From NCBI GenBank assembly GCA_038087875.1, contig CM075989.1, forward strand, positions 11,904,001 to 11,968,000: a DNA stretch of 64,000 nt, in the 5' to 3' direction. Shown one piece after another: positions 26,810 through 39,289 of this stretch (its first letter is position 1; every line of letters starts with the position of its first letter). The stretch comes from Malacoraja senta. Lineage: Eukaryota. The notes under the pieces are model-generated. The model did no database searches and was not told the DNA's origin. It worked only from the letters and a program-made list of their open reading frames with translations. The translations under genes were made by a program, and so were the position numbers.

Positions 26810-28030
26810 TTATTTGGGTATAGGCATCACTGCCAGCATTTATTGCCCACAACAACTAATTGCCTTTGTGAAGGTAGCCCCATGGTGCAGTGGGATTTAG
26901 ACACAGTGACGATGATGGATTGAAGGATATTTCCAAATCAGGATGGTGTGCAACTTGGAGAGGAACCTGCATCTGCTACATTTCGCCTTCTTGACAGTAG
27001 AGATCATGGTTTGAGAGATGCTGTAAGAGTAGCCAAGGTGCATTTTGCAGATGATAGAATTGCAGCCAGTGTGCAGAGAAGGGAATGAATAGTTATGGTG
27101 CTGGATGGGATGCCAATCAAATGGGCTGCTTTGCTCTGAGGAGCTTCTTCAGAGTTGTGGAGCTACACTCATCCTAGCACACTCCTGAATTGTATATTGT
27201 AGGTAGAGATTTTGGGGGTATCAGGAGTGAGTTACCTCAGAGGATCCAGTCTCTGACCTGCTCATGTAACTAAGGTTTGTAGATGGCTGATCTGGTTGGG
27301 TTTGTGGCCAGTGGTGACCTCAGGATGGTGATGGTGCAGGGCTTAGAAATGGTAATGCTTTTGAATATCAAAAGTATGTAATTAGACACTCCCTTGTTGA
27401 AACAAGTCATTGGCCAGCACTCATGTGGTGTGAATCTTACTTATCACTTCTCAGCCTGTGACTGGATGGTGTTGCAGTAATGCAGATATGGACAGGTTCA
27501 TTTGCTGAGCATTGACCATGGTGCAATCATCAGCAGAATCTCTACTTGTGATCTTACGAGGGAAGGAAGGTTGTAAATGGCGGAGATCTACTGGGGATAG
27601 GATGATTGATATCCGACACCACAGCTAACCTTTTTGTGCACAAAATGACTCCAAGAATTGAAGTGCTTTCCCCTTGTTGTTCATTAACCCGTTTTACCAG
27701 GGGTCACAGAGCCACACTCGATTAATTTCTGCCTTGATATCAAAGGTTGTCACTCATCCACCATCTCTGGAACTCAGCTCTTTCGGCTGCATTTGGACCA
27801 AGGCTGTGACGATGTCTGGACCTGAGAGTTTCTTCCATCAGTGAGCAGGTAACACGTAACAGTTTAGTTGACAACACCATTTTACGTAAAGATGATTCCT
27901 TCAGTACAACCAAGTCAGACTGTTGCTCAACTAGACTGTGAAGCAACTCCCTCAATTTGCATGCTAGTCCCCAGATGTTTGTAAAGTCAACTTGGCTGAG
28001 TCCAAACTCAGTGCCTGATTCAATGCTGAC
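26810..28030 (-). mobile_element. Ancient L2/CR1-group LINE remnant
   Basis: Begins with ggcatcactgccagcatttattgccca...ctaattgcc, resembling a common chondrichthyan LINE 3' end; no intact ORF. Recognised by resemblance only. Confidence 0.5.
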
Positions 28031-31000
28031 CAATTTTGTCTGGTTTTATTCTTTCTCTGCTTCAGTGTGGTGATTACGATGCACCTGAGTGGCTTGCTGG
28101 GTGATTTCAGATGGTGATTAAAAGTCAAGCCCATAGTGTGAGTCGCAGTCAGGGCAGAATGGCAAAAATACCAGGGAGATGATGAGGAGAATTTGCTTTG
28201 TGCACCACAAGTTCTTGTGAACTGGAAAGCTACGCCTTAAAGGATGATAGAAGCAGATTTAACAGGGCATTTCCAAAAGGAATTGGATAAATAACAAGGG
28301 AGGAAGTTTGCAGAACACGGAACTAGCTAGGGAGTGATCCTTTCCAAAGGGCTGACAGTTGACTGGTCTCTTTCTCGGTTGTGCAATTGCTGCGATTCTC
28401 TGTGATATGTTCCATGGGGTTTGGAGGCCTGATATCTGCTGAGAATGAAGGACAATGATCTTCCTTCAAAGTGCAGGAGAATCTGTATATTCTACCATTT
28501 AAGTTGCCAGCTCTTGTCTTCCCATGGCATAGCCCCTTCACTGTGGGTACTCACACCCATGTCAGCATAAACTTCTGGCCCCATAACTGCTGACTTCCTC
28601 CCACCTCCACGGGTCTGAGCTCAGCTGCACGTCCCTTTCACACTGCCCTATTCACACTTCATTCACTGGCTTCCTCTAGCTTCCGATCAAGGCAAGTTGA
28701 GTGTTCATTGTCACATGCACAAATAAGGTGAGATAAAATGAAAATCTTGCTTGCAGCCGCATCACACAAACAAAAACATAAATTATACATAGCGTAGATA
28801 TAAAACTTTGTAAGGCAGAAGAAGGAAGAAAAGATGGTGCAAGAAAACAAGACATTAATACAAGACCAAATTAGAAAATCAAGTCATAGTAAAGATGGCG
28901 TTGGAGAGAGGTAACTTAATGCAGGCAGCATGATCTGACAACATCTCAATTTTAACATTCTTATTACTTTTGAATTCCTCTCTGGCTTCTCACTACCACT
29001 GCAATTTTTTCCAGTCCGACAACCTTCTGGGATTTTTGTACTACTACAATTATTGCCTCTAGATCATCCTGGATTTTAACTGCCCCAACTATTGGTAGCC
29101 AAGGCCATTGGCTCTTAATTCCCTCATTGCTTCCTTTAAAAGGGTCCACTGACCGAATTTTCAGTCACCTGTCTTAATATCTACTTGCCTGGCTTGGTGC
29201 CGGACTTTGGTTTAAAATGCCTTACATTTTATGATTAGGATAAATGCATTAGTATCCAGAAGCCTAGAATACTGATTATATATAACTGTTGAAAGTCACA
29301 TTACTAGTCAGTGACTAATTCACCACCTTTTTGGCTATCCAAGATCAGGTACCAGGAGTGAGCAAGCATTGATTCCCAAACTGTGCCGAGTTAATTGACC
29401 TCACTTTAAAACTCATTCTCGAGGGTGGTTGTTGCTGACAAGGCTGCCCTCTCCTGCCCGAGTTGAACCTCCATACTACACCTGGTGCGCTTTGTATGTG
29501 GGAGCTTCACCAAGTGCCTCCAGGGAGTCCCTTAGACACGGATAAGATATTCCATGATACCAACCCAGCACCGAGGAAGGAATGCCTGATGTAACTCCAC
29601 AGTAAGACACGCCTGAGTTTTGGTGGGGAACTTGGGAGCTGATGGAGTTTCCATCACAATGCTGTGGTCCTCCATTTGCAGCAGCTACAGGGGAGAAAGT
29701 GATGTTGCAGCAATCTTACTGAGTTGCTGCAGAATAATAGAATAAGGCAATTTTAGATTCAATTAAACTATTGCTGCACAGAGTTCCTGTACGTGTTTCA
29801 CCATACTACTGCAATGACATGAATTTCACTGTACTGGATGTAATTAAAATAAACTAGTCAGATTAACATTCTCGCCACGGAGCCCTGGTTAATATTGATC
29901 TGCCAGCACAGTAGTTACAAAATTCAAGTGGCTGTGGGGGCAGAATTTCAAAGATTAGTTTATGGTTTCTCAGTTTCTGATCTAGAATAGGGAAGGTAAG
30001 AGGAGTAAAACACATAAACAAAATGCCATCCAGCCCAATGTGTCAATGCTAGCTCACTGCAATTAGCCCCACTCGTCCATTCTTGCCCTCATACATGCTA
30101 CCGAGTGCCTCTGGCAATCACATATTCTGCAGTGCCAGTGCAAAATCTCTTGATTATTTTTTTTTAACCATGTGCTTGGTTAGCAACAACTGCTGGGATG
30201 TCCAAAGCCCTAGGCTTTGTCTCAGCTTGTAATGGAGAAATGATCCCAAAATCGTGTTGATCTTGGATATCAAACCAGCATGAAAATGCACAGATCAAGT
30301 CAATTGCCCATTAGAATATTGGTGTGGGCATTTTAATTACATCCAGTTAGATGTCGGGTGGTAGATCGGTAGATCTATAGTCCAAAATGTAGATTTCCTT
30401 CCTTGAACCAGGCAGGGTTACAACAATTCCATAGCTTCATGGTTACCTTTAATGATAAGTTTATTAGTTTTAGATTTATTAAATTACCACAATGTTGTTT
30501 CTCCTGCTGTATTATCAATATCAGTAACCATGGAGCAATGGAATTGTTGTAAACCCTGTCTGGTTCAAGGAAGGAAATCTACATTTTAGACTATGGACCT
30601 ACAATCTATCACCTAACATCTAACTGTCTTCTGAAATGGCACACCATTGTTCTAATGGGTAATTCGCCCAATCTGTGCAATGGAATTTGAACTTATGTCT
30701 TTTGATCAATACTCCAGAATTCTATTACTTCCCAGTCACCGTCTGAAGCCAGGAGAGTTGCCCAATGGAGAGACATCGTTGCTAGACCATGTAATCTCCC
30801 ACCACATGCCTCAAAACCCCTCCATAGCTGCCTTATGAACCCCTCAGTCTGTACAAAGCAAAGATGGCAGAGTGCAGTGGTTCAGGGAAGCTCATTCCCA
30901 CCAGCTCAAGGATAACTAAAAGTGGGCAATAAATGGCAGCAACCACTGCTCCACAAGAATGAATTTTAAAGGGAAGTCAGTGAACTCAGCACAGCTCGGG

Positions 31001-34000
31001 AATCGATGCTTGTATATTCCTGATCTTGTTCAGCTTAACAGGTGATGAATTATACACTGACAATAGAGATTCTCCACACTTATTTACAAAAAGAGAAAAC
31101 ATAATTTATGATAATAATAGCAAATGACTGGAGTAATCAGATCTTGAACATTATGCAGTGATTATAGATGTACAAGGCTTGGTGCACTCAACGCTGTATG
31201 AATATTGTCATCTTGTCGAATGCTGCTGACAACGAGATTCACTCAGAACAAGAAAAACAAACTAGTCAGATGTGATAATTTCAGAGAGACAACACTGTCT
31301 GTTCTAAGCATTTAACTGCTAATATTGAAAATGACTTTACTCCCATAAGTAAAACAAAAATCATTGAATATATTTCAATAACTAACAACACAACAAGAAA
31401 CAAAACATTGTTTTACATATTTATGGCACCTTTATCGCAAGATGATGTAAAGTACTTCACGATGATGTATCTTTGAAGCTTTATAATGTTGGAAATGCAG
31501 AAGCCAATATACACACAACAAGCTCCGACAAATGACACTGATAAATGACTCAATAATCTTTCACTCCAGCCAACAAAGAATATTGCCAGGCACCTGGCAA
31601 TCTTCCTTTTGGTCTTCAAAATACTTGAGAAGACAGATAAGGCCTCCAGTTAATCATCTGAAAGACAGCACCTCTTACAGTGCTGGAGTGGTGCTCGTAT
31701 GCAGATGTAAATCCTTCTGTTTTATTCTTTCAATCATGGTCTCCAGGTGAAGAGGCTGACTAGACTGGAGAACACAGCTGAAATAGAGTTTAAATTTAAA
31801 AGTGAATATGTACAATCCTTACTTTGCAATACTATTTTGACATATGATTAGTTTTGGTGAAAAGGAAAATCTCTAATTGTTTCTGAGGCAGGGATGAAGA
31901 ATTGACCAGAATCTAAACATCTCTGTGCAGAGGTGTTCAGGACTGCTACCCCTAGCAGTCACGGTGGCTCCATGATCTGTTCACACAGATAGCTCCCTGT
32001 ATACCTGTGCTCAGGTATCCCGATATGGAATATAAATATTTAGCAATCTATAAGCCAGGCCAGTAGGTTCAAGAACAGCTTCTTCTTTGCTGTTATCAGA
32101 CTTGTGAACGGGCCGTTTGTATGACGAGGATGAATTCCTGATCTTCCTGTGTTATCTGCACATTCGCTGTGGCTGTGACACTATATTCTGCATGCGTTTA
32201 TTTTCTCATTTGCAGGACCCGGTGTACTCGTGTATGGTATGGCTTGCCTGGATACTACACAAAATAAAGATTTTCACTGTATACATGGCAATAATAAACC
32301 AATACCAATTTCAGGATAACCACTTCCTTATTCTCTGCCTTTTCAAAAGCTCTTTAAGTCATTTTGATATTGAAGCCACAACACAGCTTTCACAGGATGC
32401 AAGGTGCCAATTTAGGTGCTAATAAGAATGGGCAGGGCTGAGATAAAATGTCACATCCAATGACAGGCACTGTCAACAACGACAACTTGCATTTATTTTG
32501 CAAGGACCAAAGCATTTCACAGAAATGATTGTCAAGAGAACACGAACATTGGTGCAAATGCAGTTAAGAAGAAGATATAAAAGCAATTGAGTAAAGGCCT
32601 GGTCAGAGAGGGAAGTTTTAAGGAGAGGTGGGTGCAAACATTAAATTGGAAAAAAAAAATCCAGAATTGGAAAAGCACTGTAGAGATGTAGGGGGTTGTG
32701 TAGGGAGGGGTGCGGTCATATAAGTGTCCTCTGTCGGAACTCCTAACGCATCACAACCAATAAAGTGCTTTCAAAGTTTCATTTCAGTTACATGTAGGAT
32801 ACATGACAGCGTGCTTCTGCACACAGCAAGTTCCCAATATACCCAGTAATAAACTTAATTGAAGTGGATTGCAGAGTGACTCCCCTGTATATGTTGCCAC
32901 CAGAGACCAATAGTGTAAACATTTGCAGTTGATTGGGCAAGGCTCTGTGTGCACATATGCAGATATCCACTGTCTCAAACAAGAGTTAGATGTGCGCAAA
33001 GACAGGGGCTCTGATCCTTCAGGAACCCGACTCACTCACTTTCTCTATCTATGAAGGTTGGTCAGGTGGCTTCCTCCTAGTTGAATGATATCCTGGATTT
33101 ATCCTGGATTTATTCTTCCCCCAACAGTATCACCTCCCAACTTTTCACCCTTTGTCAGCTAACACCCATGCTAATGTGGTCTTGCTTTTCCACAGCCAAT
33201 TATAAAGTAAAGGTCCAATATTAAGTGATTGGTTGAAGCTTTGCCTTCAGTCAAACAGCCCTCACCCCAGGTCCCATTGTTTGTAATTAATTATCAAAAG
33301 TAGTCAAACAGAAATTAAAATCTCACTCCACTTAAAGCGGCTGCGTTTGCACTTTGATTGTTACTCATGTCGGTTTTCCAGTGATTCCTTCATTACTGGG
33401 TATTCCGAAGGTTGGCAATGCTATCCAGCCCTTTTGGAATCCATATTGTAACCCTGGTCTTAGGGGCAAAATGGCACAAGTGGAGGAAGACCACGATTCA
33501 GGGCTTGTGTTCAGTGAGCAGCAGAATGAACTGCAAACATCTTGGCAGAGAGTCGGGACTGAAGGGAACACCATCTGCAGCCACAACTAACAAGTCCCAG
33601 GGCATAGCCTCCAATGCGTACCAGACTAAGGCTGAGGCTGAAAGCCTATGAAGAACTGGGAGAAAACAGGGACACAGGTTCCCTGATAATCATGCAATAA
33701 GCCCACGGTCACTGCTGCTTTGTGCTAGTGTACTATCAACAAAGGTACTGCAGTCACAGGTTATTTCACATAATCTCCTGTGAAATCTCCCTCAATGGCA
33801 GGAAGAAATCAGAGCAATAATAAATGTCCATGAAATAGGAACCGAGCTGCCTGGTTAATGTGCATTTACGATGTAGACCAGACTTGCATAGGGGAGTGCA
33901 CAGGTAACAAAAGCACAGTAAACATTCACAACATCTCATGGATGCCTGAAGATTTCTCTTGATACTGCCTCCATCACAGCCCTGAGCCCCACCCCTTCAA

Positions 34001-35959
34001 TCCATCAGCCCCATCCCACCTCCAGCTGCCTTCCCCTCCCATCCTGCCACCTCTGGCACCTTGTCATTCTCTAGTGGGAGTCAAGGAGCTTACCTCTGTT
34101 ACATTTTGCACTTTGCCCTCACCAGGGAGATTTCTCACATCCACATGGACCAGGCAGGGCGAAGCTCCCTTTGCACAGGTGGCATTGTGCGTAACCTTGA
34201 TCTCAGCGGGACAGACTGGGTCCTCACTGCCATAGAAACAGCCCTGCTTCACTTGACTGTTCGATTCCAGGTCCCCGTGGACTAAGGTCCGAACTAATCC
34301 CGTGTTTGTGTTTTTTTCGTTCAATTTGAAAGAACGAATCACTCATATTGTGTGTGTGTCTGTGTCCTTCAATATGTCTATATATGTGTTTATCTATATG
34401 TGCTTGTGCCTCTGCCTCAATATGTGTGTGTTTCAGTGTAAGTGAGCGCATGTGTTTGTGTGTATAGGTGACTGTCTATTGGAGCCTTTGAAGAAGGAAG
34501 ATGTACCCCAGTGGCCGCGTCGCCTTGTTGTGTTCATCACCCTGGCAGAGGCGTCTGCGGCTCGGTCCTGACCCCCTGCAATGATCTGCAATCACCCTCC
34601 GCTTCACTTCCCACCGCAGCCGCCAGACTCCGACAATCCGTCACATTCAGATTAATCCGCGCCTGTTTTGATTTATGTACAATCTATATGCGGCGAATCC
34701 AGTGGATATTTTAATTTTGTTTCGATTTCTCTAAAAATGAACGGTAATCCCGGAGTGGCAGCTGGCTGCAGTTTGGTGTTTCACTGACACTGCGGAACAT
34801 TAATGTGTCAGACATTGACATAAATATTGGAGCCTGAAATAAAGACAACATATAAACAGTGAGACTACGGACAACGGGGAGATGTTTTAATTTGGGAATA
34901 CTTTTGCACACTTGGTTATACAGCGCAGAGGCTCAGTGATATTTAATCAGTGACAGAGGGGGTAGAGGTTTGGTTGTATCGATGTTTGACAATCGATCAA
35001 CAACATTCCCACAGTGAAAGTCTATTCCAGGGGGAAATGTCCCCCGTCACCCCCTGCAAATGCACGATTTCATCCTCTAGAATAAAACACAGCTGCTGTT
35101 GATTTAAGTGTTTTGACATCAGTAATAAAAAAATGTAATTGGATATTGAAGGAAAATATATGAGAGGAAATATATCACCGTGCTCGCTGGAGCGAGGGGT
35201 TGCAGGGACCGCAGTCCCTTCTCAGTACATGAGGAGGCGCTGGAGAGCCCCGCGATTTTGCCCCCTCTGACACGGTAAAAAAAAACACCCCGATCACGCT
35301 CTGCCGCTCACCTACACCCACTCTGCCCAAGAAACAGTTAATTAACTTTGTCTAGTTTGATAAACCTCGCATCTGGCCTGTTGCATAATTTATTGATTTG
35401 CTCCTTCTTAATATTGGATTCTCAGCAGGAAGAGGCTTCACTTCAAAGATTAATTAAAATTCGCGGATGCCGGGCGCGCTCCCTCTTGCTCTTCGTTTTC
35501 CTTCATTAGCAAACGTGTTGTGACTGATTAACCGGTAAAAATAGACTCTCGCCAAAGCGAACTACCGATTAATTATTTAGAATTACAGGTCCCGGCAAAA
35601 CATTAGAAGTATGCAGTCATTTGTGCAAAAATAAAAGTTGATTTCACGATAATATTAAAGGTGCTTTGGTTGTTGCTTGCTGTTAGCGATATGAAATCCC
35701 ATTTCTATTATAGATTTAAACTCATTTAAATTGTTGCATTTCCAACCTTTCCCTCTAGTGCGTGTGTTGCTTTGTCTCTGCGGTAATTGCACTCAGATTA
35801 TTAGGAAAATAAACAGCCCAATGATCCAGTAGAGGGATTTTACACAGACTGGGGTTGCGATAACTGAAACAGTCCGCCCTCGTGTGAAGACTGGCGCCTT
35901 TTAGGCAATGCAATGCAACGCTCGCTTGGAGCCTGTGGGGATCCAGGTGAACCGTGGCT

Positions 35960-36385
35960 GAGCACTGGGCACCATGAGCTGGACATGGGCAGTGGGTATT
36001 GAACACTGGAGTGCAGCCACTGGATATTGAGTAAGGGACGTTGGGGAGTGAGCGTGGACTGTTGATCACTGGGAGCGGGCGCTACATATTACTCAGTGGC
36101 CAGTGGGCACTGGATATTGGATGGTGAGAGCTGGGCACTGGATGTTACCGGGCACTGGATATTGGATGGCAGGGACTGGGCACTGGATGTTACTTAGTGG
36201 GCAATGGATATTGGATAGTGATGAACGGGCACTGGATGTTAGTGGGCACTGGATGTTATACAGTGGCCAGTGGGTACTCGATATTGAACGCTGGGGATTA
36301 AGCACTGGATAATGAGGAGTTGGTCCTGGACTTCAAACCCTGTACACTGGGTATTGGCCATTGGGTATTGAACAGAGGGCACTGC
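35960..36385. repeat. Degenerate tandem repeat of GGGCACTGGAT(A/G)TT(G/A) with variable spacers
   Basis: More than 10 recognisable copies, starting about 40 nt into RASGRF1 intron 1. Confidence 0.85.
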
Positions 36386-36422
36386 GCGTTGGGCTTTGAC
36401 AGTCAGACTGCTTGCCTCCTAC

Positions 36423-36698
36423 CTGTTTCTCCAAGGATTCCTTGGCGGACAGCGATGGTTTGGGAGATGGTGCCCGCTCGCACACACACCCCTCCAGCAA
36501 GTAGAGACCCGAGGCTTTCGAGGCGGAATCATTCTCAAAATAAAACAGCATATTCTGGAGCAGGGCGAACCACTTGTTGTGCCATTTGGTGTTGTCGGAG
36601 CTCCGCTTGCTCAGGTAGCCCTTCCTGCTCCCGTCCTTCTTGGCCAGCAGCCCCAGGTAGGAGAGGTGCCCGTCATTGAGGCGGATTGCCTTCTGCAT
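36423..36698 (-). CDS. RASGRF1: RASGRF1 coding exon 1 (start codon, N-terminal half of PH1 domain)
   Basis: Translates MQKAIRLNDGHLSYLGLLAKKDGSRKGYLSKRSSDNTKW...SAKESLEKQ. The MQKAIRLNDGH start is RASGRF1-type (RASGRF2 starts MQKSVRYNEGH). 276 nt, donor CAG|GTAGGA, phase 0. Confidence 0.97.
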
Positions 36699-36960
36699 CT
36701 TGCCGCAGCCGCCGGTACAAGCCTCACATTGCCGCCCGAGCAATTCGCCGAGCCACCAAACTGTAATTAGATCAGATTCTCGCCAGAGATGTGCCTCTAC
36801 ATCATTTCCTCTGCGCAGCCCGCTCCCCTGCCCTGCCCCTGCCTTGAACGGGGACTCGCAGGCTCCGAACTCCGACTGCTCGCAGCCCGGGACCGGCGGC
36901 ACCGCGTCACGTGGCGCCGCTGCGGGACAAGTTCAGTACCATGGACGGGGCGGGGGGAGA
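36699..36960 (-). promoter_or_regulatory. CpG-rich RASGRF1 5'UTR / proximal promoter with E-box (GTCACGTGGC 36906-36915) and GC box (GGGGCGGGG 36947-36955)
   Basis: Marked rise in GC and CpG density directly upstream of the ATG; motifs read directly; TATA-less. The TSS cannot be determined from sequence. Confidence 0.7.
36932..36952 (+). promoter_or_regulatory. RE1/NRSE (REST-binding)-like element
   Basis: TTCAGTACCATGGACGGGGCG matches the RE1 consensus TTCAGCACCATGGACAGCGCC at 17/21 with canonical half-site spacing, about 240 bp upstream of the ATG of a neuronal gene. Confidence 0.6.
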
Positions 36961-37518
36961 GAGTGAGAGAGAGAGTGGGGGAGAGGGAGGGAGGCTGGGG
37001 GGAGAACAGGGACACACAGTGAGGTGGGAAGAGACAAGCAATGCAAGAAGCGAGGGTACTGAGAGAGGGGGTAAGAAATGGGTTATTAGGGAGAAGGGTT
37101 AGGGGGTTAGAGCGAGAGAGGGCAGAGATAGAAATGGGATGGGGGTAGGATTGGGAGATGGAGGGGTGGGAAGAGAAAAGGGAATAGATTGGGAGAGGAA
37201 AAGGGATACAGATAGAAATGGTGCTTTCAGAGAGAGAGGAAGGAGTGGGGGGGGGGGTAGAGAGAGAGATGAATGTAGAAGAGAAAGGGAATATTTAGAG
37301 AAGGAAGGAGATGGGGAGAATTGGGACGACGGGTTGATGAGAAAGGGGAGAGAAATAGGAAGAAAGGAGAGAAGGAAATGGGAGAGAGAATGGGAGCAAA
37401 GAAGTGAGAGATAAGCTAATGATGGGAGGGTAGTGTGAGGGACAAGATATACAGAGAGTGAGATGGGACTAGAGGGATAGAGAAGGGAATGAAGATGGAT
37501 AGAGAGGGGGTAAGAATA
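36957..37518 (+). repeat. GA-rich polypurine low-complexity tract
   Basis: Strongly A/G-biased on the + strand, directly upstream of the promoter. Confidence 0.9.
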
Positions 37519-37813
37519 CACTACAGACTGATTGCCTTATGACCAAAGGTGCTCTTTATAAATAGTACCATAGTGGACAGATGATACAGCACCATTCCGT
37601 CAGAAATTCATGCATTGCATCTAAGTGGATATAATGCAACTTCACTCAGCAGAGTAAATGGAAGGCAGATCAGCTAACTGGTGCAGTGTAGGAACAAGGG
37701 TTTCTGCACCTGCATAGCCCATCACTAATTGCCCCTGTACTGAGTTGCTGGGCCACTGCAATGCACAGTTAACAGGGCAAACTACATTGTCGAGGGTCTG
37801 GAACCTGTGGTTG

Positions 37814-37997
37814 TTTAAGTAGGAACTGCAGATGCTTGAAAATCGAAGGTGGACAAAAATGCTGTAGAAACTCAGCGTGTGCAGCAGCATCTATGGAGCG
37901 AAGGAAATAGGCAACGTTTTGGGCCGAAACGTTGCCTATTTCCTTCGCTCCATAGATGCTGCTGCACCCGCTGAGTTTCTCCAGCATTGTTGTCTAC
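37814..37997. mobile_element. Penelope-terminus-derived inverted-repeat element
   Basis: Near-perfect ~70-bp arms centred on aacgttttgggccgaaacgtt plus an unpaired ~35-nt tail; 16-bp TSD ctggaacct(g/a)tggttg (37798-37813 / 37998-38013). Confidence 0.9.
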
Positions 37998-39289
37998 CTG
38001 GAACCTATGGTTGGACTGAACTAGAATGGCAAAGTACACTGGTGAACCAAATGAGCTTTAATAACCACGAGGTTTTGTGGTCATTTTTACCAATATTAGG
38101 ATTTTTAAATTTAAATTTAAAATGTATTTAACTAACTGAATTTAAATTCATGCTTTGCCTTTGAAGGACTGCAACCAGGTTTAGCCCCAGTGCTCTTGAC
38201 TGCGAGTTGAGTAATGCAGCTTTGCCCAGGTGTTGGCTGATCACTATTACATGAGCTCAGGGTTATACAACAAGTTTGAGCTTTTTAAGCCACCAATTTA
38301 GAATTCATCTCCCTTCACAGGGAATAATCACCGCCTTTCCCCAGTCTCTAATTCCCTTTTTTATTATGTCCAATTTAACATCTGAAATTAAACACTACTT
38401 CATTAATTAAAGTCCAGTTAAAGCAAATTGGCATTTGCTGCAGCGGATTGTGGAGATTAGAGAGTCTCTGAATTACTGACTGCAGGCTGCACAAGTCATC
38501 GCAGTACCTTGGTAATAAATCAGCCATGTAATAGGTGGTCAGAGGAAGAATAGTGGGGAAAAATAGTGATGAGTAGAAGGTTACTCTGATTAATCAAAAA
38601 ATTAATAAATATGTCTGACAAACTGAAGGACTAACAGGGAGAATGAACCATGCACCTTATTTTTGATTTGTAAAGATTATATAAGGGGGAATCTAACTGG
38701 GGTGTTCAAGGCAATTAATGGACTTGATTGGGCCTGGGGAAACCAGAGTTGGGTGGGGCTGGAGGGGCCATTCTGAAAAAGCAAGGCTTCACACGGGGAG
38801 GTCTGGAATCCTGGAAAAAAAAAACACCTCCCCAAGGAATTCTTCTGGCACAGAGTGGGAAATGTCAGTGGAAAGTTTCAATAGCAAGACTGGTTGCATT
38901 TTATTTAGTAATGATTCTGAAATTACAAAAGGTAAACCTAGGCAAAGTATAGATTAGGCATGAGCTTGTTGACTAATGGAACAAATGAAAGGAGATGAGC
39001 AGGCTTCTCTTCCACTGTTTCAGTGATTATTCGGGATATCTTCTGTTTTTGACATATGTTCTTACTCTGAGATTCTTCCTTGTATGAATTCAATGGCATG
39101 GATATGGAGAGTGATGTTTAATGCAGTGTTTGACTAATTGCTGCCACAAGGAGCCTTCTTGACAGATGCTAAAGTGTATTGAGGGGAAAGTCCCCAGTGC
39201 CTGAAATTATATCTGGCACAAGGAAGGTGGCTGTTTTAATTATAGGTTAATCATGTCATACTCTGGTCATCATTCATGCTGGGCTTGGG

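Noticed and set aside
36699-36902. 68-codon in-frame N-terminal extension of RASGRF1 in the ORF track
   Set aside because: It starts at GTG with no in-frame ATG, homology begins at MQKAIR, and an open frame is expected in a GC-rich UTR.
37099-37521. Ser/Leu/Pro-rich and Arg/Glu/Gly-rich ORFs (also 50206-50667)
   Set aside because: Translations of polypurine/polypyrimidine low-complexity DNA.
37563-37580. Second RE1-like motif (tagtaccatagtggacag)
   Set aside because: Poor left half-site and non-canonical spacing.
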